Assembly: GCA_963664815.2 (NCBI GenBank)
Contig: CAXXHB010000003.1
Span: forward strand, 1,120,001-1,184,000
DNA: 64,000 nt
Direction: 5' to 3'
Source: Spirochaetota bacterium
GTDB taxonomy: Bacteria; Spirochaetota; UBA4802; UBA5550
Shown: positions 40,288 to 49,063 of the stretch, piece by piece
Layout of the letters: each line of letters opens with the position of its first letter
Numbering within the stretch: position 1 is the stretch's first letter
Program-made: the position numbers and the translations under genes
Notes under the pieces: model-generated
Told to the model about the DNA's origin: nothing
What the model saw: the letters and a program-made list of their open reading frames with translations, nothing else
The model's database searches: none

Positions 40288-40491
40288 ATGGCAAGCGCTA
40301 AACAACTGGAGAATACCATCAAGAGGAAGAACGAGAAGGTAGCTAAGCTTCAGAAAGAAGTAAAGCTCGAGACTGCAGCAATAGCTAAACTTAAAAGTGA
40401 TTTAGTTGTTGAAAAGAAAAAAGAAGCTGAAGCAAAAGCTAAAGCAAAGCCTAAAGCCAAAGCTAAAGCCAAAGCTAAAGCTAAGAAATAA
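40288..40491 (+). CDS. Small basic coiled-coil protein with (KA)n tail, histone-H1-like composition
   Basis: 67 aa MASAKQLENTIKRK...EAKAKAKPKAKAKAKAKK; RBS GAGGTG; own terminator. Confidence 0.8.
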   Translation: MASAKQLENTIKRKNEKVAKLQKEVKLETAAIAKLKSDLVVEKKKEAEAKAKAKPKAKAKAKAKAKK

Positions 40492-40508
40492 TCTGTTTTT
40501 TATTTCTT

Positions 40509-40542
40509 AAAAAAAGAGGGATTTCTCCCTCTTTTTTTTTTT
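40509..40542 (+). terminator. Intrinsic terminator
   Basis: aaaaaaaagaggga-tttc-tccctctttttttttt. Confidence 0.85.
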
Positions 40543-40625
40543 CTGTTGAATTTATTATTGAAAAAAAAAGTATGTTTTGTTATAAAGAATGACTGATAAG
40601 TAGATATGTATATCGAGGTAGCAAG

Positions 40626-41798
40626 TTGCTTAAGGTAGAACAGAGAAAAAACAGAGACTTTAATACGTTTCAAACCATCGATGATGTAATAAATATACTT
40701 AAAGAACAGTTCACAACGCGGAAACTTTACATTAAGTATGATGTTGAGAAACGCGAAGCGATGATAAACGAATATAATTCTGATAAAACAATGATGATTG
40801 TTACGGATCCGAATTATAAAACAGACAAAAATCTGATAATTTACGGATTATCAGATAAATATATAGAAGTTGACCTGAGTGTACTGGAAGAACTGGGACC
40901 TGGGTATTTCAAATGTAAGATAGTTAGTGCCAGAAGAGCGACGGAAGGCAGAAGAGATCTCCGTTTTAAAATAAACAAAGGTGATGCTGTAGCAACGAAC
41001 TTCAGAGTGTCAAAGCATACTATAGATGTAAGCAGATTCAGTATTCCAACAAGTATCAAGGTTGTGCTTGATCAGTTTCAGTCTGTAAATGCCAGGTTTA
41101 CAGATCTTTTTAAGGTTGATGTACTTGTCAGCGATACGAAAGATGCAGTTCTTAAAAATATAAAAAATACAGGTAAAACACTTTTTATATCAGATGTGAA
41201 TGATCCGGAGTCATATAAAGCCATGACGGATGATTTTGTGGATATTTCTAAGATTTACGGCCATGAGCTTGACAAGCTGATAAAGATAAATGTTGAGAAA
41301 GGGTTTAAATCAATAATAATAGTACCTGTAATATATATTACGGAAGATGAAAAATCTGTCACTTTTGCATATATTCAGGCGATATCAAAGAGCGAAATAC
41401 TCGGGATAGAAAAAGTTATTGATCTTAAGGATATGTCCTTCAAGCTTGTAGACAGGATAAGAGATGCTAATACCCTTTTTGTGTCGGTTCATCAGCAGAT
41501 AATTGATATAAGCAGAGGCGGGGCAAAGTTAAAAATTACCGATACCGATCTTATAAAATATATTCAGAAGTCAAGAGGCTTTATTTTCGATATAGTATTC
41601 AAACTGCAGGCTCCTATGACTATATATGGTGACATAAGGACTACATCGACTGATCTGGATGGAAATCTTTTCCTTGGAGTTGACTTCGGAGGGAACTCTT
41701 CCAGGAAAGATGAAATGAAACGATTTTATGACGTCCTTAAGCCTATGGAATCGGAGTACAAATCGAGATTAATAAAGAGTATGAAGAACAAAAAGTAA
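40626..41798 (+). CDS. DUF1577-like protein with PilZ-type motifs
   Basis: RRDLR (RxxxR) and IIDISRGGAKL (DxSxxG); family name recalled from resemblance to Leptospira proteins. Confidence 0.65.
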   Translation: MLKVEQRKNRDFNTFQTIDDVINILKEQFTTRKLYIKYDVEKREAMINEYNSDKTMMIVTDPNYKTDKNLIIYGLSDKYIEVDLSVLEELGPGYFKCKIVSARRATEGRRDLRFKINKGDAVATNFRVSKHTIDVSRFSIPTSIKVVLDQFQSVNARFTDLFKVDVLVSDTKDAVLKNIKNTGKTLFISDVNDPESYKAMTDDFVDISKIYGHELDKLIKINVEKGFKSIIIVPVIYITEDEKSVTFAYIQAISKSEILGIEKVIDLKDMSFKLVDRIRDANTLFVSVHQQIIDISRGGAKLKITDTDLIKYIQKSRGFIFDIVFKLQAPMTIYGDIRTTSTDLDGNLFLGVDFGGNSSRKDEMKRFYDVLKPMESEYKSRLIKSMKNKK

Positions 41799-42500
41799 TC
41801 ATTTTTTTAATTTTGCAATTTCTGCATCTGATTTTCTTGTATAGAATGGAATTGTTTTGTTGTAATCAATGTATGTTTCAGGCGATTCATTATATCTTTT
41901 AAGAGTAAGGTCGGATACGGCTTTTCCATCGGGAGAAAAGTTGTCCAGGTATTTGTAGTTTATCTCTTTTTCACCGGATAATTTTTTAATAGTTTCAATA
42001 TATTTTCCGCATCCATCACCAATGCATAACAGTTCACATAAATTTTCTACAGAATTCATCATGTCTTCTATATAATAATCACCCGGTTCAGTAATTTCTA
42101 TCAATTCTGAATTAACTGATTTATATATGCCGCCGAAAACCCTGGATTTCTTGGCATCAAATGCTGCAAGTATGGTTTCAGACTCTGATGTAACTGCTGA
42201 CGATGCGTATATTTCCTGGCTTTTAAGTCCAACAAGCGGTATTTTTAAAATCTGGGAAAACATTCTTGCGGTACTTACCGCAATTCTGATGCCGGTAAAG
42301 GAACCTGGTCCTATGCCGACTCCGATTAAATCAATATCATCGATAGTGACTGAACCCTGCTTCAGTATGGACGAGAGATTCTGAAACATAGTTACAGAAT
42401 GGGATATTCCTGCATTTTCACTGAATTGATAGATCTTTCCATTCAATGAGAGTGCCAGGAATTCTATATTAGTTGAAGTATCAATCACCAGTATATTCAA
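41799..42500 (-). CDS. tsaB: t6A biosynthesis protein TsaB
   Basis: IDTST, GPGSFTGIRI, DAKK. Confidence 0.95.
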   Translation of the reverse strand: MNILVIDTSTNIEFLALSLNGKIYQFSENAGISHSVTMFQNLSSILKQGSVTIDDIDLIGVGIGPGSFTGIRIAVSTARMFSQILKIPLVGLKSQEIYASSAVTSESETILAAFDAKKSRVFGGIYKSVNSELIEITEPGDYYIEDMMNSVENLCELLCIGDGCGKYIETIKKLSGEKEINYKYLDNFSPDGKAVSDLTLKRYNESPETYIDYNKTIPFYTRKSDAEIAKLKK

Positions 42501-42906
42501 TGGTTATTTTTCTCCTGTTTTCATCAATATATTCAATAAAAATATCTATTCTCTTTGCCGGGAGAATATCTTCGGCCCTTTCAGGCCATTCAATTACGGA
42601 GATTCCGTGGTCTTCCCAGTAGTCTTCAAATTTAAGATGAGTGAATTCATTAATATCTTCAATTCTGTAAAGATCAAAGTGATAAAGGGGTATTTTCCCT
42701 TCGTAAGCTTCCATCAGGCTGAACGTCGGGCTTGTTATGTCTTCGTTAATACCTAGACCTTCGGCTAAACCTTTTGTAAATATCGTTTTTCCTGACCCCA
42801 GTTCGCCGCGTAACGCAATAACTGAATCCGGAGAGAGTTCTTTTCCGAATTCACTTGCAATATAAAATGTTTCTTCGGGTGAATTACTTATAATTGTTCT
42901 TTTCAT
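42481..42906 (-). CDS. tsaE: t6A biosynthesis ATPase TsaE
   Basis: GELGSGKT, TSPTF, HFDLYR, IEWPE. Confidence 0.96.
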   Translation of the reverse strand: MKRTIISNSPEETFYIASEFGKELSPDSVIALRGELGSGKTIFTKGLAEGLGINEDITSPTFSLMEAYEGKIPLYHFDLYRIEDINEFTHLKFEDYWEDHGISVIEWPERAEDILPAKRIDIFIEYIDENRRKITIEYTGD

Positions 42907-43039
42907 TTAAATAGTGATCAGTGAAAAATTTTATCTGAATAATCTCTGTCTACTATGAGTGATATTTGTCAAGGCATTCATTTGATCAAAAAAATACCCA
43001 AGGTATAGTTTGCTATTTTTTGCATAATACTTCGTTTTG

Positions 43040-43156
43040 TAGCATTTTACGAAATTATCAGGCATTGTCATCGGACGTATGTGAGTGTATCGGCTCCGCT
43101 CAGCAACCATTTATAATGGTCAGTGAGCCTGCTGAACTGCTCAATCGCTATTGCTT
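43040..43156 (+). repeat. Structured repeat, copy 1 (REP-like element or ncRNA)
   Basis: About 90% identical to 44170-44282; internal stems tcggc/gctga, gctca/tgagc, accatt/aatggt. Confidence 0.85.
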
Positions 43157-43385
43157 CTTTAAATGACAGGAAAAATCATAATTAGTATGAAAAAACGCCT
43201 GACTCAAATGATTTAGATATAATGATGTTTTTTTACAACAGCCTGTTCCTGTTTTACTTAAAATGTAGTACTAATTAGCTGAAAGCTCTTTTTTATAAAT
43301 AATTTTTAACTGTTATAATAGTTTTTTTATTGCATCCAGACAACCCTGTAATCTTTATTGAAAAAATAAAAAAACGGGTAGCAAT

Positions 43386-44000
43386 TTGGATATTTCAAAA
43401 GAAGATAAAGTAAAAGAAAGAAAAAAAAGAATAACTTCAGCACTTAAAGCACTCCTTCAAAAGAATGTTTATTCACAGATATCTGTTCAGGAGATAGCCG
43501 ATGAGGCAGGTTATTCCAAAGGGGGCATTCTCCATTATTTTCCGACTAAAGATGATATTTATATTGAGTTGATTAATGATATAGGTTCCGAACTTGAATA
43601 TGTTCACCGGCGAATGTTAAAGATTGACCTTAACTCGGAGGAGATGGCACCAATTTCGTCTCTTCTGGGTGTAGAAAGTTTTGTACTCAACAGAGCGAAT
43701 ATTATAATCCTCATAAATATTCTGCTCTATTCTTTTGAAAATGAAACACTCAGGTCAATGATGAACAAACTGTTTGAAAATCATCGTCTTTTTTATGAGA
43801 ATATTATAAGGGAAAATATCGGAAACGGTCAGACGCCGAAACTTGATGAAAAGACTACCGCCAGAATAATTCAGGCAGTAGTATTTTTTATCGGTCTTAT
43901 TGAGGAATTCGATCCTATCGATCTCGATTATACCAAGATCGTAAAATATGTATCAAACATGATTATAGACAAAAATCAGATGTCTGATAATTCTATTTAA
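43386..44000 (+). CDS. TetR/AcrR family regulator
   Basis: HTH SVQEIADEAGYSKGGILHYFPTKDD. Confidence 0.93.
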   Translation: MDISKEDKVKERKKRITSALKALLQKNVYSQISVQEIADEAGYSKGGILHYFPTKDDIYIELINDIGSELEYVHRRMLKIDLNSEEMAPISSLLGVESFVLNRANIIILINILLYSFENETLRSMMNKLFENHRLFYENIIRENIGNGQTPKLDEKTTARIIQAVVFFIGLIEEFDPIDLDYTKIVKYVSNMIIDKNQMSDNSI

Positions 44001-44169
44001 ATCTATTCCATATATCATAAATCTGCATAATATCTGATTGTATTAATCAATGTGATAATGTCAGGCCGGGACTTAATTCATTATCACAAATGAACCTGAT
44101 ATATAAAAATAAAGTGCTTGCATATACTCTTTCCTGCGGAGTATTCATATTCTACATCACATGTAACTT

Positions 44170-44282
44170 TAGCATTTTACGAAATAATCATGGTTTGTCA
44201 TCGTATGTGAGTGCATCGGCTCCGCTCAGCAACCATTTATGACGGTAAGTGAGCCTGCCGAACTGCTAAATCGCTATCGCTT
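44170..44282 (+). repeat. Structured repeat, copy 2
   Basis: Direct repeat of 43040-43156 with 11 substitutions and one 4-bp indel. Confidence 0.85.
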
Positions 44283-44524
44283 TTTCTGAATGAGATGTAT
44301 TGAGACTGGCGAAATGGCAGACAATGTTCTGTTTCAATCGAAAAATGCTATAATAAACAGATGGTTTTAATATCGCAATGATTATGTATCAGATTAAATT
44401 ATTAGATATTTTTAGTATAAAAAAGATGTAATTATATACCCCTGTCACCTTTGGCGGCAGAGATAATGAGGCTTTTTATAAATAAAAACGAAGGAATAAA
44501 TACTGTATAAACAATATTAAGAAT

Positions 44525-45427
44525 ATGATAAATCAGGAAGAAATATTCTCAAAACTTAACGATGGTATGCTTGCAGAGCGAAGCAGGTCATTTGAAAACA
44601 ATTTAAAAAAAAATATTCCGCTCATTGCAAGATGGGGCGGGTTAATGCCGGTAGTAGGCAGCTTCGCCGGAAAACATGTAATTATTATCGGCGCCGGCCC
44701 ATCTCTTGATAGTTGCTATGGAGTTCTGGGAAAACTTCGTTCGAGAGAGGATATATTGCTGCTGTCTTCAGATATGGCGCTTAAGCCCTTGTGTGAGCAG
44801 AATATTGTTCCTCAATTTGTCATAACCTGCGAAACTACACCCACAGACTATTTTTCAGAAATTGATACAAGTGAAATTCATCTGCTTTCATTTTCATGTT
44901 CATCATTTTCGAATATACGGAAATGGAAAGGTAAAATAAGCTTTTATAACTGGATGACTGATGGAGAAATATACAGTAATCTGTGGAGAGAGGCAGGAGA
45001 GGGACTCGGATTTGTTGCAACCGGGAGTATCGTTACGACACAGGCTGTATCTCTGGCGCTTGGATGCGGGGTTGCTTCTCTGCTCCTTGTGGGTAATGAT
45101 ATGGGATTTTTTGACAGATATTATGCTTCCGGAACATCATCGGCAAAAAAGAAATATTTTTTATCCGGAAGATTCAATACTCATTCTTCAATTGAAATGA
45201 ATACAGGAAGATCTGCCAGGGATTATCATGTCAAAAGGGACGGTGAATTATTTTATACAAATAATCAGTTTCTTGCGGCAAGATTATGGCTTGAAAAGCT
45301 TTTCAGGAGCGCTCCGTACCCGGTTGCTGACTGCAGCAGGCCAGGCTGTTCCCCGGGTGTTATAAGCAGGATTGATATTCAGGATTATATTTCTATATTT
45401 GAAAAAAATAGTGGGGGATTTAAATGA
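44525..45427 (+). CDS. MAF_flag10 / MptE-like protein (motility accessory factor family)
   Basis: IIGAGPSL, SSDMAL, GSIVTT, LVGNDMG; ATGA overlap with flbD. Confidence 0.8.
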   Translation: MINQEEIFSKLNDGMLAERSRSFENNLKKNIPLIARWGGLMPVVGSFAGKHVIIIGAGPSLDSCYGVLGKLRSREDILLLSSDMALKPLCEQNIVPQFVITCETTPTDYFSEIDTSEIHLLSFSCSSFSNIRKWKGKISFYNWMTDGEIYSNLWREAGEGLGFVATGSIVTTQAVSLALGCGVASLLLVGNDMGFFDRYYASGTSSAKKKYFLSGRFNTHSSIEMNTGRSARDYHVKRDGELFYTNNQFLAARLWLEKLFRSAPYPVADCSRPGCSPGVISRIDIQDYISIFEKNSGGFK

Positions 45428-45615
45428 TTTATCTTCATAAGCTTAATGGTGAGGAATTTGTATTGAATGACGACCATGTTGAGGTAATAGACATTACTCC
45501 GGATACGGTGATTACCCTTGCAAACAGTAAAAAATATGTGGTGAGGGAGAGCGTGGAGGAGATAATACGGCTGACTATAGCTTATAAAAAGGAAATATTT
45601 CAGAAGTTATTTTAA
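45424..45615 (+). CDS. flbD: Flagellar protein FlbD (SwrD-like)
   Basis: MIYLHKLNG..F.LN...TPDTVITL..K.VVRES. Confidence 0.92.
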   Translation: MIYLHKLNGEEFVLNDDHVEVIDITPDTVITLANSKKYVVRESVEEIIRLTIAYKKEIFQKLF

Positions 45616-45989
45616 AATGGATTGATTTTTTAACGCGCACATCCCGGATTTATAAGCATCCGCATTTTCATGATCTTCAACAGGGCAAAGACCGGTTATT
45701 TTATGTTACAGGTTTTATCGCTTGAGTTGCAGCATAAGATGCAACACCTGCCCCTGATGGTCTGATAACTTTCCTCATTTTTAAAAGCTTAATTATTGAA
45801 CGAGGTGTAACACAATCATAAAATCACCGGTAGAGCTGTAATCCTTCAGCGGCAGCTCTCTGAATCCATCGGGAATGTGGACTTTGAGATAATGTTGTGA
45901 TAACTATGAAACAGTATATGGACAGATGATATTCATGCGATTAAAAAAAGTGCCACATCAATTAAGATGGTGTTTCGGGAGTATGAAGA

Positions 45990-46093
45990 CTCTGTTAAAA
46001 ACCGTTTCAATACCGTTTCAACTCCGTTTAAGAGAGATAAAAACGCACGTTTTTAACTGTAAGCAGCGTGTTTGAAGCGTAATTGAAACAGAA
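45990..46093. repeat. 11-bp-period direct repeats followed by inverted copies
   Basis: ctctgttaaaa/accgtttcaat/accgtttcaac/tccgtttaaga, then ttgaagcgtaa/ttgaaacagaa. Confidence 0.55.
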
Positions 46094-46554
46094 CTGACTT
46101 TTCTGTAAAGAGAGTCGGGCTTTTATCATAAATCTGCCGTGGTATTGGTTATAAACCTTTTAATGCACAACACAGAGTACGTTAGTGTACAATACCTCTA
46201 TCCGCAGGAGATTCCGTTAATCCTTTAATCCAGTAATCGTGTTCAGGATTATATATATAACAGGTTTAAGTAAGGAACCGGTTTCTTCGTTATGATTCCT
46301 CAATTTAAAAATGTTGGTAGCTGTTAACCCAATTGCAGGTGTACCGTAGTTGTAGTTTTTATTTGTGTATTGTATGTTTGGTTTTATAAAAGGGCTGATA
46401 TCATTTTTTATTCTTTCTGAAGGAAATTTAAGTTCTCACTAAACTGTTTATTGCCGAAAATGATAACAGATTAATGTATAAGATTTTTTTCGGATCTATG
46501 TATATATTATATATGCTGAATAAATCATGTTTTAGAATAAAATGAATAAATTAA

Positions 46555-46584
46555 TTGACATGTTGTATTGATGTTTGATATTAT
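46555..46584 (+). promoter_or_regulatory. Sigma70 promoter of the flagellar operon
   Basis: TTGACA-18bp-TATTAT with TGn extension. Confidence 0.65.
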
Positions 46585-46667
46585 GTCACATGAATGTACC
46601 CATGTCTATTGGTTTGAATTTAGTGCTTTTCGGACGATAACATAAATAGAATAATGGTGGAAGGCTT

Positions 46668-47189
46668 ATGGGCGATGATGAAAGAGATGTAGTTGAGGAA
46701 GAAGAGAAGGGGCAGGAGCCTGCCGGTAATACGGGAACTTCTAAAATAGTAAAAATACTTCTGTATGCTGCAGGTGGTGTAATTATTGTTTTCCTCATGC
46801 TTGGTATTTCCTATCTTGTATCTAAAAGCGTACAGGAGAGTAAATATCAGAAAAGTCAGGATATTATAGCAGCGCCCCCTCCCGAGCCGCTTGCTGTATA
46901 TGCCCTTCCGACATTTTCAAAAACTACGGCTGATGCGGAACCTCATTTCGTCAAAATGACGATATCCCTGGGGTATGTCACCGATCCGATACTTAGTGCT
47001 GAGCTGGTAAACAGAAAAGATGAAATTCAGCATATAGTGAATATAATTTTGCAGGGAAAGACTTATGAAGAGCTTAATTCTGTTACTGGTGCGATTACAC
47101 TTGCTGAGGAGATCAAGGCTCACATAAATATAAGGCTTATTGCAGGAAAGATTAAAGAAATATATTATGTTGAATTTGTCGTTAACTAG
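46668..47189 (+). CDS. fliL: Flagellar basal body-associated protein FliL
   Basis: Acidic N-terminus, single TM, C-terminal GKIKEIYYVEFVVN. Confidence 0.88.
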   Translation: MGDDERDVVEEEEKGQEPAGNTGTSKIVKILLYAAGGVIIVFLMLGISYLVSKSVQESKYQKSQDIIAAPPPEPLAVYALPTFSKTTADAEPHFVKMTISLGYVTDPILSAELVNRKDEIQHIVNIILQGKTYEELNSVTGAITLAEEIKAHINIRLIAGKIKEIYYVEFVVN

Positions 47190-47232
47190 GTTTTTATTAT
47201 AATTCTGAATTGTTCACTCCGGAGGAGGAAAT

Positions 47233-48294
47233 ATGGGCGACGGCTCTTTATCACAAGACGAAATTGATGCCCTGTTACAGGGAGCAGATGACATAACTTC
47301 AGGTCCTGAGCCGGTCGGGATGTTTGATTCTCCCGGTACAAAGTCCGGAGCTTCTTTTTCATCAGGCGATCAGTCCAATATAAGGAACCTGGTCAATTCG
47401 GCAATCTCACTTGTTGCACCTTCTCTCAGCGGGTATCTGGGGGGAAAAAACCTTGTATTGTCAAATCCCGTTGTTGAATCAAAACCTCAAGGCGCTGTCA
47501 GAAATGATTTCAGGGGTAAATATGTACAGGTATCAATGAGTTATTCCGGAGCCCTTAATGGTGTGAACCTGATAATATTTAATTTTGCCGATGCCGGCAT
47601 AATATCATCTCTTATGATGGGGGACGAATCCGGAACACCACCAGCCGATATAACTGATGCTCATCAGAGTACAATTCAGGAGTTTACGAATCAGTTTATT
47701 TCCTCGATGGCTACACAATTCAGTAATAAAATCGGAGGAGGGGTAAATACTACTCCGGCGACTGTGTCTATAGCTCAGAATCAGTCTGAACTTCAGCTTC
47801 CTCCCGGCGAGCTTGTGAAAATCACATATGATATCATAATAGATGGAGTTATGAATTCCAAGCTTTATCATATTATGGATGCCAATATTGCCTCTGCTCT
47901 CGGAATGGGTGGCGGAGGCGGAATGCCCTCAATGCAGCAGTCACAGGCTCAATATCAACATACCGGGCCACAAACGCAGATCAGCTCGGTAAGATTCCCG
48001 CAGATGGGGGAGAGTATTACATCGGGTGGTTATGGTGATATAGCACTTTTACTTGATGTTGAGATGACCATGACGGTAGAGCTGGGGAGAACAACAAGAC
48101 TGGTGAAGGATATTCTGGGACTTGGTGAAGGTTCTATTATTGAGCTTGATAAACTCGCAGGTGAGCCTGTCGATCTTCTGGTAAACGGAAAGCTGATAGC
48201 CCGTGGTGAGGTTGTTGTCATCGATGAAAACTTCGGTGTGCGTGTAACTGACATAGTAAGTCAGGATGAAAGATTCAAATCAGTGAATAAGTAG
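47233..48294 (+). CDS. fliY: Flagellar switch protein FliY (CheC-like + FliN domain)
   Basis: N-terminal LSQDEIDALL; EFTN; C-terminal VELGR...LDKLAGEPVD...GEVVVIDENFGVR. Confidence 0.92.
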   Translation: MGDGSLSQDEIDALLQGADDITSGPEPVGMFDSPGTKSGASFSSGDQSNIRNLVNSAISLVAPSLSGYLGGKNLVLSNPVVESKPQGAVRNDFRGKYVQVSMSYSGALNGVNLIIFNFADAGIISSLMMGDESGTPPADITDAHQSTIQEFTNQFISSMATQFSNKIGGGVNTTPATVSIAQNQSELQLPPGELVKITYDIIIDGVMNSKLYHIMDANIASALGMGGGGGMPSMQQSQAQYQHTGPQTQISSVRFPQMGESITSGGYGDIALLLDVEMTMTVELGRTTRLVKDILGLGEGSIIELDKLAGEPVDLLVNGKLIARGEVVVIDENFGVRVTDIVSQDERFKSVNK

Positions 48295-48349
48295 ATTAAC
48301 GATAAACACTTAACAGAAATGTGATAAAAATATATTAATCTGGAAAAAT

Positions 48350-49063
48350 ATGAGACATAATATTTCATTATCTTATCGGTCGGTAACTAAATTAAGTTTA
48401 GTTTTATTATTATTTTTTTTATTATCAATAATTCCGGTTTTGCCCGCTTACTCTCAGGATAATCCGGATAAGTCCCCTGTTGTAAATAATACTCCCGGTT
48501 CAAACAATAACAGTAACGCTGTCCCGGGGCAGGGTTTTGTTGAGGAAGATTTTAAACCTCAGGTTGAAGAGGAGTCTGTTGCATGGATGATTATAAAGAC
48601 GATTCTTATTCTTGGCCTGTTTGCCGGCGGTTTTTATATGTTCTTCAAGTTTGTGTCACAGAAGGCGGGGCTTCATGTTTCCGGGCATGAGGCTATTCAG
48701 ATTCTTTCAACTGTATCTGTGGGTACAAATAAATTTGTTCAGATTATAGATGTTGCCGGGAAAGTTTTTCTTCTGGGAGTATCTGACAGCAGTATCAATC
48801 TCCTGACTGAAATAACGGACAGAGAAGAAATAGACCGTATAAGGCTTCTAAGCTCCAGATCAACTCCTGTACAGAATGCAACATTTCCGGAGTTTATAGC
48901 TTCACACATCGGTTGGGTAATTGATAAAATAAATGAAAAAAGGACTTATGGTCTTAAAAAGACTGCTATTGTAGAAGAAATATCTCAAAAAGATTTCGAT
49001 ATGAGTTATCTGAACAAACAGAAAAAACGTTTAAAGAACATAGATGGCGGCGATGATGAATAA
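48350..49063 (+). CDS. fliO: Flagellar biosynthesis protein FliO/FliZ
   Basis: TM, then FLLGVSDSSINLL; position before fliP. Confidence 0.85.
   Translation: MRHNISLSYRSVTKLSLVLLLFFLLSIIPVLPAYSQDNPDKSPVVNNTPGSNNNSNAVPGQGFVEEDFKPQVEEESVAWMIIKTILILGLFAGGFYMFFKFVSQKAGLHVSGHEAIQILSTVSVGTNKFVQIIDVAGKVFLLGVSDSSINLLTEITDREEIDRIRLLSSRSTPVQNATFPEFIASHIGWVIDKINEKRTYGLKKTAIVEEISQKDFDMSYLNKQKKRLKNIDGGDDE

Noticed and set aside
43040-43156. Repeat as a group II intron domain V or a known riboswitch
   Set aside because: The minus-strand gagccgatgc is not followed by a domain V hairpin, no RT gene is present, and the conserved cores of the riboswitch classes I recall are missing.
42966-43166. 66-aa ORF across repeat copy 1
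   Set aside because: TTG start without an RBS; the 4-bp indel in copy 2 breaks the frame.
45680-45700. acagggcaaa resembling the start of a c-di-GMP-I riboswitch
   Set aside because: The GNRA-capped P2 stem, the GACGCAAAG segment and P3 are absent.
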